Assembly (NCBI RefSeq): GCF_021869535.1
Contig: NW_026262723.1
Location: forward strand, 95,232,001 to 95,296,000
Direction: 5' to 3'
Length of the DNA stretch: 64,000 bases
DNA from: Mytilus californianus
Lineage: Eukaryota
A program made the translations under genes and the position numbers. A model generated the notes under the pieces. That model worked only from the letters and a program-made list of their open reading frames with translations. It did not search any database and was not told the DNA's origin. Positions 26,940-38,916 of this stretch are shown piece after piece (the stretch's first letter is position 1; every line of letters begins with the position of its first letter).

Positions 26940-27924
26940 ACAAAATTTTCGACTTATGAGTTTGATTATCCCTTAGGTATCTTTCGCCTCTCTAAAAAAT
27001 AACTGAGATTCCAATGATCCTGAGTCGTTCGCCTGTACTCAGTAATTTTAGCTTTGCGTATTAATAATGTTAATCTGTATTTACCAAAGTAGCATTATTG
27101 TATGTTACATTTATACAAACACAATTGTGATGATTTTCTAAGATTGCTATATATCTACCTTATTAGGCTTTGGATTTTCAGTGTTTTATTCCATGAAATT
27201 CTATAAAAATACTAAGTATATATGTTCCGCGGTGATGACCATTCTTAATGTATCTGCAGGTCATTTGATGAAAGTTTGAAAATCATTTGTTAATGCCATT
27301 AATCCTGAATTCATAAATAAAAGATTTGAGAGCACAAAAGTCAATTGAACTTTAAGAGAATTACCATCGCCGTCTAATGTCAACTTTCCCTTGAGTAGTT
27401 TGAACCCTAATTGGATAAAATATTTACGTTAAATGAATCCCTTAATTCAATCAAATATTAAAGCACTGGCTATTGGTACCACCGGGGGCTGAGTCAACTA
27501 ACAGTGCATGGTACGGACCCAGATGTAATAATGTAAATGTAAGGTACAAATATCAATGCAATCGAAATAGTCATAATCAGATTCTCTCTAATGGCCAAAT
27601 ATTTAAAGCGTTTGAGGACAAACAAACCAAAAGGACATTAAGGTATCTCACGCCTCTTTTTAACAGAAGCCAAACACCATATAAGGTCAATTGCCTCAGA
27701 CATTTGTTACTTAGCTTAAATTTTGTACAATTATATAGTTGATAACTGATAATTACAAATTTCAGTGCACGCGACACTTGTTTCTAAATGAGTTTACATC
27801 AGATAGGTTAGAGAGCAAGTTCATTAACCGTCTGTCGTTCTATTTACATGACGACGGCAATGTTGATCGGTCAACGACATCATTGGTTAACATTTTGAAA
27901 TATGCCCCCTTACAACGAGTGTAC

Positions 27925-28480
27925 CTGAATTTGGCCTTGGCCTGTGGTTTTAGCGTTTCTGGTTTCTGTAACAAACTCTTTTTTTACAGAGTTTGGTTGT
28001 TAGCCCAACGTCCAACCTCCACTCTGTTGGTTTTTTCTCTCGGTAGTCCTTCCCGTAGATGATAGCATTACCACGCTAACGGATTGCATCTGACGGGATT
28101 TCTTTCTGGGTTGTCTCTCATAGCCTTTGACTTTCCACGGTCACTCACAAGGCAGTGGGGCTATTAACCCATAGCTGGGGGTTTGGTTTGCAGGCACCAG
28201 GGCATATCCACTCACCGGTGGGCCTAGCATGCCTTTCATCTAAGGGCCAAACCTCCTCCGAGACCTTGTGGTTCTGCCTGATGCCGTGAGGTGCCCAGTT
28301 TCCATTTGTCACCTCGGGGAGGATCCAATATCTGGGTCACATAGGTCTTACTGCATGAGAGGTTGTAACTGACAGGAAAGCGAGAGTGACAAACACAGAC
28401 ACTACAACACACATAAAGATGCGCATCACACAGTCATTTCAGCCTGGAGGCCTCATGCGACTTCTGGCGCGGAGAGAATT
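27925..28480 (-). mobile_element. RTE-type non-LTR 5'-UTR-derived element, no ORF seen
   Basis: GC-rich island; minus strand has ggaggttggacgttgggctaacaacc...gtaaaaaa...ttgttacagaaac, resembling RTE 5' UTR ends as I recall them; carries an HDV-like fold. Confidence 0.6.
28183..28394 (-). ncRNA. HDV-like ribozyme fold (probably degenerate)
   Basis: P1 GTTTGTC(28394-28388)/GACAAAT(28310-28304) with G.U first pair; L3 TCCCCGA; P1.1 GG; AAAC; P4 TGGGCACC/GGTGCCTG; C-AAA (C28190); P2 TTGG/CCAA. Confidence 0.7.
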
Positions 28481-28964
28481 AATGTTAAGGTAAGGTGCTT
28501 TTAGATAAGTTAAATTTTAAAACGGTGTTTACGACGATGGATTCAAAGCAATAGTACTTCCTCATAATGGTTCATATAGACCGGAGGACGTAAAAGAGAC
28601 AAAAACCAATAGCAACGACTATCTTGAAATAATCCATATAAAGAATTTGGCTTAAAAACCAAAATACGATTGAAACAAATTTCCTACATTTTCCCCCATT
28701 TACAACTAGTCATTATTTATGTCAATTAATAAAACTTACAGATGCTGTTTATCAAATTTATAATTAATAAATATTTATATCATTACTCCGGAAAACAGAC
28801 TTGATTCACAAAACAAAAATAAAATTTTACTTGAAAAATAAAATCATTGTTTTTCTAAGTAAAAACTTGAACAATGAGGAATCAGTTACAGAGGCAAGAA
28901 TATATAACACTTTTATTATCATTTTAATTTTTTGTTCATAACAATTTATTGTTGATTCCCATAT

Positions 28965-29110
28965 TTCAAAAGAGAGGCGAAATATACCAAAGGGACATTC
29001 AAACTCGCAAGTCGAAAAAATAAACTGACAACGCCATGGCAAAAAAACAGAAAAAGAGTAACAGACAAACAACAGTTATAAAAAACTAAAGACTGAGCAA
29101 CACGAACATA
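28965..29110 (-). mobile_element. Family C tail copy
   Basis: gaggcgaaatataccaaagggacattcaaactc...aaactaaagactgagcaacacgaac. Confidence 0.85.
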
Positions 29111-29486
29111 AACATGTCTTTCAATGACAAACTGTGTATGTGTTTCTCTTCTGTCACGTTATCCTTACTCACCCATTGCAGAAAAAAATGTTTATAAATT
29201 AGGGATGTCAACTCGGTGAACAATTACTAATCGAGTATTCGTTGGTTTTGGAAAAAATCTACAACACGGAAACACAAAAATACGTACTTTACATTATATG
29301 GTTTGTTGTTCAACGGACGAAAAACCATCTACATAAGTATCTTGGACAAGGAATTACACACCATAATTAATAGCTCATTACCTGCAAGTACTAATTAAGT
29401 AAAAATTTAATCTAATCAACATAATTTAATGAACACCTATTTAAAAATTATAACAAAGAAAAACCATTTCAAACAATAGTATTTGG

Positions 29487-32400
29487 TATGAATGAATGAA
29501 AGAATCTTTATTGCATTAGCAACAACATTGCTTTAGCAAAATAACAAGGTATATACATATATGACAAATGTGACAGAATACAGAGAACAATTAAATAATG
29601 CAGAGATAACTTATAATAACACATACATGTGTTAAACATATTAACTGGTACACATATTAACTTATAGTTTGCGATCTTTATTTCCATGCAGCCTTTAGAT
29701 AATTACACAGTTTCTTAGTTAAGCTTTTTGACCCAGCTTGTAACAAAAAAATTAGCTTTCGTGTATTTGGCCATGAACAATCATACTCAAAAAGTTACAT
29801 CTAAGTGTTCTATATGCAGGACAAATCAACACAAAATGGTATTCATCTTCAGTAGTATTCATTTTACAACATCTACAAATACGATTGTTTCTAGGAATAT
29901 TGTCATAGTGACCTGTTTCTAAATTTAAATTCACGCTTCCACTACGTAATTTGGTAAGTATATTGGTATTAAAATCATATTGTAAATAATTCTCAATACA
30001 ATAATCTAATTTAAAACATTTATCTGATACAAAAATTTAACAATACTTTTAGATATTTGGATGATATATTGGCTCTCAATAATGACGACTTCAGTATGTT
30101 TAATAAAGAAATTTATCCTGTTGAACTTACTTTAAATAAAGCTAGTACTAACAATGACCACTGTTTTTTCCTCGATCTTGATATCTATATCATTAACGGG
30201 AAGCTTAATACAAAAATTTATGATAAAAGAGATGATTTTTCATTTCCTATCGTTAATTATCCATTTTTAGATGGTGACGTTCCCTTGTCACCATCTTATG
30301 GTGTTTATGTATCTCAACTTGTACGATTCGCTTGTGTATGTAACAACGTATTAGATTTAAGCGAGAGAAATTTATGTATTACTGAAAAATTATTACACAA
30401 GGGTTTTCGCTGCATTGAAGACCCATTGATGGCCTTCGGCTGTTGTCTGCTCTATGGTCGGGTTGTTGTCTCTTTGACACATTCCCCATTTTCATTCTCA
30501 ATTTTATAGATATACAGTTTTTCACAAGCATTAATATTTGCAGACCAGTTTTGATGATATTGATCGTTGATACGAGATTCAATAAAGTCAAATGATACAT
30601 TTATGTTATCTTGGTCAATCCATATATAATTCAAACCTAAACTAAACAAAAGGTCTCTTACATTGGATGCCCAATTTGTTTTGCCATTAGAAGCATCAAT
30701 ACATAAAATTTTATATACATCGTAAACAGTATTAGGTTGGTCATGAATTAAGTGCAACCAATATTTAACAATTCTATATTTTCTTAATATACACATCGTG
30801 AGGTGCCCGAGTTCACCACATAAGAACGAAATTGGTAGAGTTTTACCCAAGTTGAGTATATATCTACAAAAACGATTATGGGCATATTCTACATCGTTGG
30901 CCCGATGAAATCCCCATACCTCGGACGCATAGATTAGAACAGATCCAACCATACTATTGAATAAGAAACACTTTTGACTTCGTCCAATGAATACTCTTTT
31001 CATAGAGTTGAGTAAAGATGAAAGTGCTCTAGCTCCTTGTTGTGCCATTCTTTTTTGAGTTTGAACAAAATTACCATTGAAATGGAAAAGCATACCAAGA
31101 TATATATATATGATTTGACGATTTCAAGTTCTTGACCTTCGAAATAAAAATGATCAGTTACGGGCTTCCAGCTATTTCGAAATACAACAATTTTTGTTTT
31201 GTCCGTATTTACAGTTATATTCCACCTCCTGCAGTATAAAAGAAAGTTTATTTAATAATAATTGTAATGCATCGTGGGACTTTGCTAGCAGAACTGTATC
31301 GTCTGTAAATAATAAAAAATATATGGGATAACCATTAAGTTCGAATATATCACCATTATTATCCACTTGTATATCACTGATTATATCGTTAATGAATAAT
31401 AAGAATAGGAGCGGAGAGAGTAGTTCGCCTTGTTTCACACCAAGAAAATTCTCAAACGCATTAGATAAGCCATCTTTCGTTTTTATTCGCAGACGCACGG
31501 TTTCGTACACAGCTTTGATAATTGTAATAAATTTCACACTGACTCCACTTTGTAACAACTTATACCACAGAATTCTCCGAGCCTTGCGGAAATCGACAAA
31601 AGCACAGTAAACTTTAGACTTTTGGTGTAATAGATGTGATATAATTCCATGTAAAATAAATATGGCATCAACGGTTAACCGGCCTGGTCGGAATAAGCTT
31701 TTCTTCGTCATCGGCCCAATTGTTCAATCTGTTTGTCAAAATAGACGTAAAATTTTTAGACATCACACTGACTAGAATTATAGGACGGTAGTTATTTGGG
31801 TCGGATAAGTCTCCACTTTTTTATAAGGATGTCTCCTGTCAAAAAATCAGGGAATATTCCCCTATTAAATATGAAATTAAAAAGCATTTTCAAAATTGGA
31901 GTAAAAAAGTTCGGCCCGGCAATAAACATTTCATTAATTATACTGTCATTTCCCGCACTTTTTCCAGTTTTAAGTTTAGAGATAGACTGAAGAATTTCAT
32001 CTTCGGAAATTTCAGTATCCAACGAATCTATGACAATGTTATTTAAAAACGAGTTATTTTCTATCAGATATATAACTTCTGCATAGATATCAGGAGGGTT
32101 TCCACCAAGTAGCTGTCCGAAACGATTAATAAGTAAGTCATTGTCAGCAAGACATTCATTTTTATTCATAGGTTTAAATGCCGACCAAAATTTTCGAGGA
32201 TCAGTTTTAGCAATTTCGCAGAGTTCCAGACCGTTTGCTCGCTTATAGTTGGTCACCGCCAACCGTTTTGTTCGATTGTATCTGTTTCTAGCTTAAATAT
32301 AATGCTGACGATTAGCATCAGTTGGATGACGTTGGTAAAAATTTCGGACAGAGTTAAAGTCTAGTCTCACAGAAGCACAGTTTTGGTTAAACCAGTCGTT

Positions 32401-32968
32401 ATCATGGCGCTTTACATATGTTGAGCTACGTTTCAGTACAGTTTTACCAAAAACAGCAAAAGCACTGTCATATAAAATACGGGTTATCTCCCTTACCGCA
32501 TTATTAACATCATCGGTACTAGTCATGTTCCTGACCAACGAAATAAGTAATTCATTATGTTGTGATAGCAGTTGAATATAGTCTTGGTTTTTACTAGAGT
32601 CCCATTTTAGGTATTTGTGGGTACTTGGCAAATTGTTACACTAATATTCGTATTTACACATATCTCGTATGATAAAGGAGCATGATCATAAATTTTATAA
32701 AGTCTATTACACCAAAATCCTTGATAGTATCATAGTTTTCGGGACAAACCAGCAAATAATCATTTACACTTTGACCCCTAGATGTACAAAAACTATAAGT
32801 TCCACAAGAATTATTGCCGAGTCGACCATTCGCAATAGTTAATCCTGTATTGTAACATAGTTGTATTAACTTACGTCCGTATGCGTTTATTACTTTGTCC
32901 ATCGAGCATCGTTTCGAAATTATAGGAAATACATCGGGCTCAACACAATTGATATGCTTTTCTAAATT
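29487..32968 (-). mobile_element. Decayed non-LTR retrotransposon (APE C-terminus, RT, CCHC; RTE-X-like, clade tentative), 5'-truncated
   Basis: NGRL...GQSVNDY (APE end), AFVDFRKA, GVKQGELLSPLLF, LFTDD, ETGHYDNIPRNNRICRCC...EYHFVLICP; AATAAA plus (TTCA)n tail at 29487-29512; multiple frameshifts. Confidence 0.92.
30031..30502 (+). mobile_element. Naiad-type PLE RT fragment fused to the family B 3' end, inserted in the LINE
   Basis: KFNNTFRYLDDILALNN...KIYDKRDDFSFPIVNYPFL...SYGVYVSQLVRF, then gctgcattgaagaccc...attctcaattt. Confidence 0.9.
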
Positions 32969-32974
32969 CTAAAA

Positions 32975-33856
32975 TTTTCTAAAAGTTTTGTTTTCAACCG
33001 ACCCTCATTGTCAATTTCTAGATTTAAGTCAAGATATGAGGCAGACTTAACTGTATCTGTAGTATCCTTTATCTCTAGTTCGATGGGATAGATTCGTTCA
33101 ACATAGTCACCAAATTTTGTATTATTTAGTGAGAGAACATCATCTATATAGCGGAACGTAAAGTTAAAGGATATTGCTAACTTCTTATCTTTCTTCCTAA
33201 GAAGTTCCTGTATGAAGTCAGCCTCATAATAATAAAGAAACAAGTCGGCAAGAAGAGGGGCACAATTGGTTCCCATTGGAATTCCGACAGTCTGTTGAAA
33301 ACCACGTCCTCCAAACGTAACAAATATGTTGTCAATCAAGAAATCAAGCATCTTGATAATGTCAGTTTCAGAGAATTTTTTGTTTGAATCAGAGTGATTC
33401 TTTACAAAGTAGGATTTATCCCTCCCCAAGACAAGATACTTGTACCTACGTTCGCCATTCTTTTTAATGAAACAAAGTAATACCAACTCTTTCAATTTGT
33501 CTTATAGTTTGGAATGGGGAATAATTGTGTAAAGTGTTGAAAAGTCAAATGTTTTAATACTATTGCAAGATGAGAGAGTCTTAGATTGTATGTACTCTAA
33601 AAGATCTTTGGAAATTTTTAGTATCCACATCTGATTCACGCCACCTCTAGACTAGGCAGTTTCACAATAACTTTGGAGCCCGGCTTTGATTGCTGATAAA
33701 ATAGATGTTAATAATTTAGAAAGAGGTTTCGTGGAGCACTTGGAAGACCCAGCAATATACCGTTGTTTGTAAGGACACTTATGTAGTTTAGGTATCCAAT
33801 ACAGTGATGGAAGATCCAGTTCTTCATCTTTGGTTGACATTCCAAATAAAGGACAG
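32975..33856 (-). mobile_element. Penelope-like (Naiad-type) reverse transcriptase fragment
   Basis: LYWIPKLHKCPYKQRYIAGS, TFDFSTLY, QQTVGIPMGTNCAPLLADLFL, FRYIDDVLSLNN; two premature stops (TAG, TAA). Confidence 0.93.
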
Positions 33857-34618
33857 GATATCATATCTGGAATGGATATGAAAAAGGTTAGTTTTGTGTT
33901 GCATCATGTTAACTAAATCATCAGGAAGCTTCTTTTTCAAATATTACTTTCTAGCAATATGCTTCAACTGCCTACCCTTCTGTATGTATTTAGTTTATAA
34001 GTTGTTCCTACAAATCCTTACTTATTTTAGATTACTGAATTATGACCCCCTTAAATAATACCTATTTTTTTTAAAAAGTGTATCAAGTTTTTCAACCATA
34101 AGATTATTATTTGATGTTCCCAACTACTTTTCATTTCTTTTCAGAGTAATGACTCTATTTAACAAAAACCAACTGTTTTTTGCAAGTATAGCAAAGTAAT
34201 ATTTCCCATAACTGCCCAACAATTTTAAGGTTCTGACAACCCTTGCCTAGAATATGTTAAAAAAATCAGAAAAAAAAACAACAATTTTTTTGATATGATT
34301 TTTTAATGTTGTTCATTTTAGGCTCTAGACAAGTTGGGAGATACAGCATACATGGTACGAGTTGTTGGTGCTGTCCTTGATGTAGATGCTTACAAACATA
34401 AAGAGAGTGTAAATAACATCTCAACATTCTTTTAGTTTGCTTTTGATGACACTGGCTTAAAGGTTGTGGCAAGCATATGGTATTGGTAAAGGTAAAGTTA
34501 TTTGCAAATCGAAAGGTTTGTCTAAGCAGCAATTATTCATGCAACTATAGTTTATAGGATATGCACTGAATTTTATTTTAGCTGGAATAACTAACTTTTT
34601 TATTTATATTTTTTTTAT

Positions 34619-35003
34619 ATTTCATGCATATTCAGGACGAGAACAAATTATCAATAAATACAATAGGTAGGTTCTGTAATAGGAGCTTCCGGGATTAAGG
34701 TCGGAGAAATTTAGACTCCCACGGGAAATGAGGGTATATTGGATAGGGACAGAAATTTAAGCCTTGCAACAGGTCACCTACGGACCCCTCAAAGAGGTGT
34801 TGTAAGGGTTCTTTACGTACAAAGAGCGTGGCACTCTCCTTACACGAGGCATTGGATTTAACGTCCCCATTCTGACCGGACGTGTCTGCAAATTTGTACA
34901 TCCCGCACAGCCAAACGGACGCCCCACTTTAGCAAGGGTTTTACTGCCGGTCGGAGGAAGACCAATGGTGACCATACTTCTATTCCCCAGTCACCCTTGG
35001 GGG
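34619..35003 (-). mobile_element. SINE-like family D copy
   Basis: Near-identical to 51332-51743; central ggacgttaaatcc...cgtgtaag..gtgccacgc..gtacgtaaagaaccc domain. Confidence 0.8.
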
Positions 35004-35679
35004 ATAAAAGAATTGAAATATAAGATAAAATGCAAATATAAATAAAACCATCAATTGGCTACATATAGGAGTTATTGCCCTAAACATGCTAAATAGATGA
35101 TTATGTGAACTTAGAATATATTGTGAAAAAAATAACCCTGCTTTAAAGGTGATTAAGTATTTAGATCATGGTACTAAAAAAATATTAATTTTCCTGGATT
35201 TTACATAAATACTCTAATCAAACTATAATTTGCTTCTGAAAAAAAATTTGAATGCAAAAAAGGTGAAATAGATATGAAATTGGCATAGTTTTATAAAAAT
35301 GAGATATTCAATCTCTAATTTCTTTGGTATAACAGTATAAAATGTGTATTTATGTACAATTTCAGAGTAAAACATTTTGGGGCATCACGATAAAATACAT
35401 TTAACAGCATTTTGTGAATAAGAAACATTGTAAAATGACTAGGGTACCAGGAGAAAATCTTATGATTCTAACATGATACAGCTAAGGATATAATATATTC
35501 AATAGCCTTGATTTTGCTTCTAAATATGTAAATTCCGGGATAAAACAACAAATGTTGATGGTTATGTCTGTCAACCATAGTGGTAAATAAATCACAATTT
35601 GCAAGCATTTTAAATATCAACAATAAAATATTTGTAAATTTTTGCTGCCGTGTGAGGAAAGGGTTTACCATGGGATTCA

Positions 35680-35850
35680 AGTTGGAGGTTTAGCTAGCTA
35701 TAAAACCAGGTTTTACCCACCATTTTCTTCGGAAAATGTCTGTATCAAGAAATATGGCATTGTTTTCACTTGTTCCGTTGATTGATAGCGTTTGATTTTG
35801 TCAGAATTCCCCTTTTTGAATTAGGGGTTGGTATTGTTGTTATACTTTGA
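35680..35850 (+). mobile_element. Family G fragment with degenerate twister core
   Basis: ggaggtttagctagctataaaaccagg...tctgtatcaag...ggggttggtattgttgttatacttt; reverse of 57751-57960. Confidence 0.7.
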
Positions 35851-36062
35851 TACTCTTTAACATCACAGAATATTGTCCAGTTGAAGGTCATTGATAATTG
35901 GTAAAATAGGATGATTAGAGATACTGATTAAATAATCTTATGATCAATAGTTGTGGTAGGATGTACTAGCATCAACATATTCTATGCCTGTGTGTATTCA
36001 AAATGCTCATCTCAGAACAATACAAAATGGCTTTAACAGGTTGGGGAAGGTCCTCATGAATA

Positions 36063-36411
36063 GGTACTACCCCCATTTGTGGATTTTAAACTAAAAATCG
36101 AGTTTCAATTTACAGTGATAAAAATCTAATCTTGCATTTCATCATAATAGCTGTCATGGGACAAATATTCATACAAATGGCAACAGTTTCCCCTTAAAGA
36201 CCATAGTTCAAGTGAGAACTAAAAATTTTTTGAAGGCGTTTAACTTTTATCCAGATGACATTTCAGTCATAGTGTCTTTGGGGAAATGTTGCCATTTAAA
36301 TAAATGTTTGCGCCATGACAGCAAATATCTTGAAATCCAAAGTTTATATTTTTATCACTGAAAAAAACAATACCTGTTTTGGGGTTTACATCCATAAATG
36401 GGGATAATACC
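36063..36411. mobile_element. Foldback MITE, about 145-bp imperfect inverted arms and about 65-bp spacer
   Basis: ggtactacccccatttgtggat..cagtgataaaaat..gctgtcatgg..aaatggcaaca..tcccc mirrored at about 36270-36411. Confidence 0.85.
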
Positions 36412-36889
36412 CATCCACCTATTTAATGCCAATGCTTATATTTTGAAGTGTCATTGAAGAACAGAAAGGAAGACTTTAAAACAACCTATATTTGAAGCAT
36501 TATTGACTTGTTTTCAAAAATCTATTTAAATATAGTAGGTGTTTTCATAATAGTTCGTTTTTCAAGTACAGTCATAAGTACCATACTACAAGTTGTAGGA
36601 TCAACTATATGTACATGAAGATAAACCCTTACTGAGTAGCTCAATATCCAATTTCATTCTTCATTGATGTTGGTTAACTAAATATAAAGTTACATTGCAA
36701 ATACTACAAAATGATGATCAACGATCTAAATATCAAATACTATAAGCTGCAGTACCATATAAGAACTTACATAGCAAATGCACATTATTTCTTACTTCAA
36801 AATCACACAAAGCATCCAAAATTAAAGTTGATTGATTGCTGGTTGCTAAAAATTAAAAATTAAAGTTAAAACTGTCATCAAATTATTAC

Positions 36890-37035
36890 GGAATATTTGG
36901 TGCTCAGTGGTCTCCAACTTCGTACTTTATTTGGCCTTTTTAACGATTTTGATTCGGGCGTCACTGATAAGTATTTTGAAGACGAAACGCACACGTGACG
37001 TACATTATTTGAATCCTGGTATCCATAACGAGTTT
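36890..37035 (+). mobile_element. Family E retrozyme fragment with degenerate HHR
   Basis: ggcgtca-ctgataa-gtattttgaagac-gaaa-cgcac. Confidence 0.75.
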
Positions 37036-37664
37036 GTAAGGATAAAAATGACAGCTTTTTTAGTAACAATATTATGAGTTCTGATCTATAAATGAGAATC
37101 TGTTTTTTACAAGGTAACAGTTGCAGGGGAAATAAAATGATGGAATTTTATATTTTGTAGAAATTGTAAACCAAGTGAAGGAGCCAAAATCTGATGTGCC
37201 CCTTGGACATTTGCATCAAGAGTTTGAGAACAAAGAGAGTTTGGATCTTCACAGGGGAAGTGTGAATACTAATTAGAAAACGAACCATTAAGTGACACAG
37301 CAAAAAAATCGGTTGGGTTATACAAATCATGAAGAAAAAAAACCGTCTTGAACAAAAAGAAAAAAAAAGACTCTATGGTTTCAAAATTTAAAATAGGTAA
37401 AATAACTGGGAGAAGAATGGATGCATACACTGCTGCTGAGGAAGTGACATATGATGTCCATGGATTCAATAAAGATAAATTTCTTATTGCTCAACATATT
37501 GGTAGTTTTTTTCTCTAGACTCGCTGAACAAGAGCGTAAATCAGACACACATGCCTTATTGGCTGCCACTGATGAAAAGGTAACATCAAAGTTAAAAGAG
37601 GAAGTTATTTAAACCACTGACATTTAGTCCCAATTCTAGAGAGTGGAATTAATGTATATACAAT

Positions 37665-38060
37665 ATGGAAGTTTGGTATAATTGACAATGAGTTAACTAT
37701 AAATCAGTCCAAACTATGTAGATTTTAACTACTATAGGTTACCATAAAGCCTTCAACAACGAGCAGGTTTAAAGGGCCCGGATATGGCAAAGTGTGCCAT
37801 AATTCAAAGAAAAACAACTAAACGGCCTGATCTATGACAGAAAAAAACCAAACAAATCTGACAGACAGCAACCAACAACAAACGCTGGATTATAGGCTCC
37901 TGACTTCGGACAGACATATTATGTGGCAGGATAAAACATGAGTAATTGTGAGCAATCAACCCTCTCTTTAACCTGGACAGTAGTTTAACTGCAGAACATA
38001 AAAACAAACTGTAACAATCCGTTGGAAATGGTTTTACACATAAGAATGGCAAGATGCACA
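37665..38060 (-). mobile_element. Diverged long family A copy with degenerate twister core (about 37890-37980)
   Basis: Minus strand: aagagagggttg...tatcctgccacat...ctgtccgaagtcaggagcct. Confidence 0.7.
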
Positions 38061-38715
38061 AAAACAACTAACATAAAGACAAAAGACACTATACAACAAA
38101 TTGGGTTTACAATATTCAATATTCAACAAACTGCTAATCAAAGTATCCCCATGGCTTGAAACCATATCGTTCCATACCTTATAAAATATAGGTTCCTAGG
38201 ATCCTGAATTGTTCAACTGACAAAATTACCCACTGCCATGTTTACCAACTAATCCAATCATTTAATGATGGTCTCCAAATCATCAATATTGTAAAGTTTC
38301 AAAACATTTTGATTTTAGTTATTGTATTTGTATACGATAATATAGCAGTTGTTTTTCACTTGTTCCGTTAATTGATTGCGTTTGATTTTGTCAGTTTTTA
38401 TATTTTTTCCCCTTTTTTAATTTACCTTGGAGTTCGGTATTTTTGTTATACCTTTTTGTATATCCAATAGCAAAGATTTGACAGAACAAAAAACATTTAC
38501 AGCAATGTGGCTTACCAAAGGCATTGTAGTTGTTACTAAAAATAATTGGCGAAAATATTTAAGCCAGACAAAGCTATGGTCGGAGATCTTAAACCATCAT
38601 TAAACATGACTGTTATTACATAAGAAACAGAATAAGGATATTTTAGAAATATTCTAACAAGTCTGTGAATGAGCTAATTTTGTCACATAAACAATATACA
38701 TGTTTCATTATTTTG

Positions 38716-38916
38716 TACATAAATTAGGCCGCTAGCTTTCTCGTTTGAATTGTTTTGCATTTGTCATTTCGGGTCCTTTTATAGTTGACTATGCGGTATG
38801 GATTTTGCTCATTGTTGAAGACCGTACGGCGACCTATAGTTGTTAATTTCTGTGTCATTTGGTCTCTTGTGGAGAGTCGTCTCATTGGCAATCATACCAC
38901 ATCTTCTTATTTGTAT
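38716..38916 (+). mobile_element. Family A 3' portion
   Basis: ggccgctagctttctcgtttgaattg...ggcaatcataccacatcttcttattt. Confidence 0.9.

Larger units (their letters stand above)
33857..37612 (+). pseudogene. Relic C-terminal half of a DNA transposase (Sola3-like, tentative) with at least one intron and nested insertions
   Basis: DIISGMDMKK|GTTAGT..ttttAG|ALDKLG..NISTFF*FAFDDTGLK/WQAYGIGKGKV (33857-33886, 34322-34500); GWVIQ..KKKNR/SKFKIGKITGRR..FLIAQHIGSFF/SRLAEQER (37311-37612). Confidence 0.65.

Noticed and set aside
32975-33856. Selenocysteine-recoded Naiad ORF
   Set aside because: The in-frame stops I could read are TAG and TAA, not TGA
34930-35003. tRNA or HDV ribozyme at the family D head
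   Set aside because: No T-loop or B box, and no P1 partner after the GGTC/GACC hairpin
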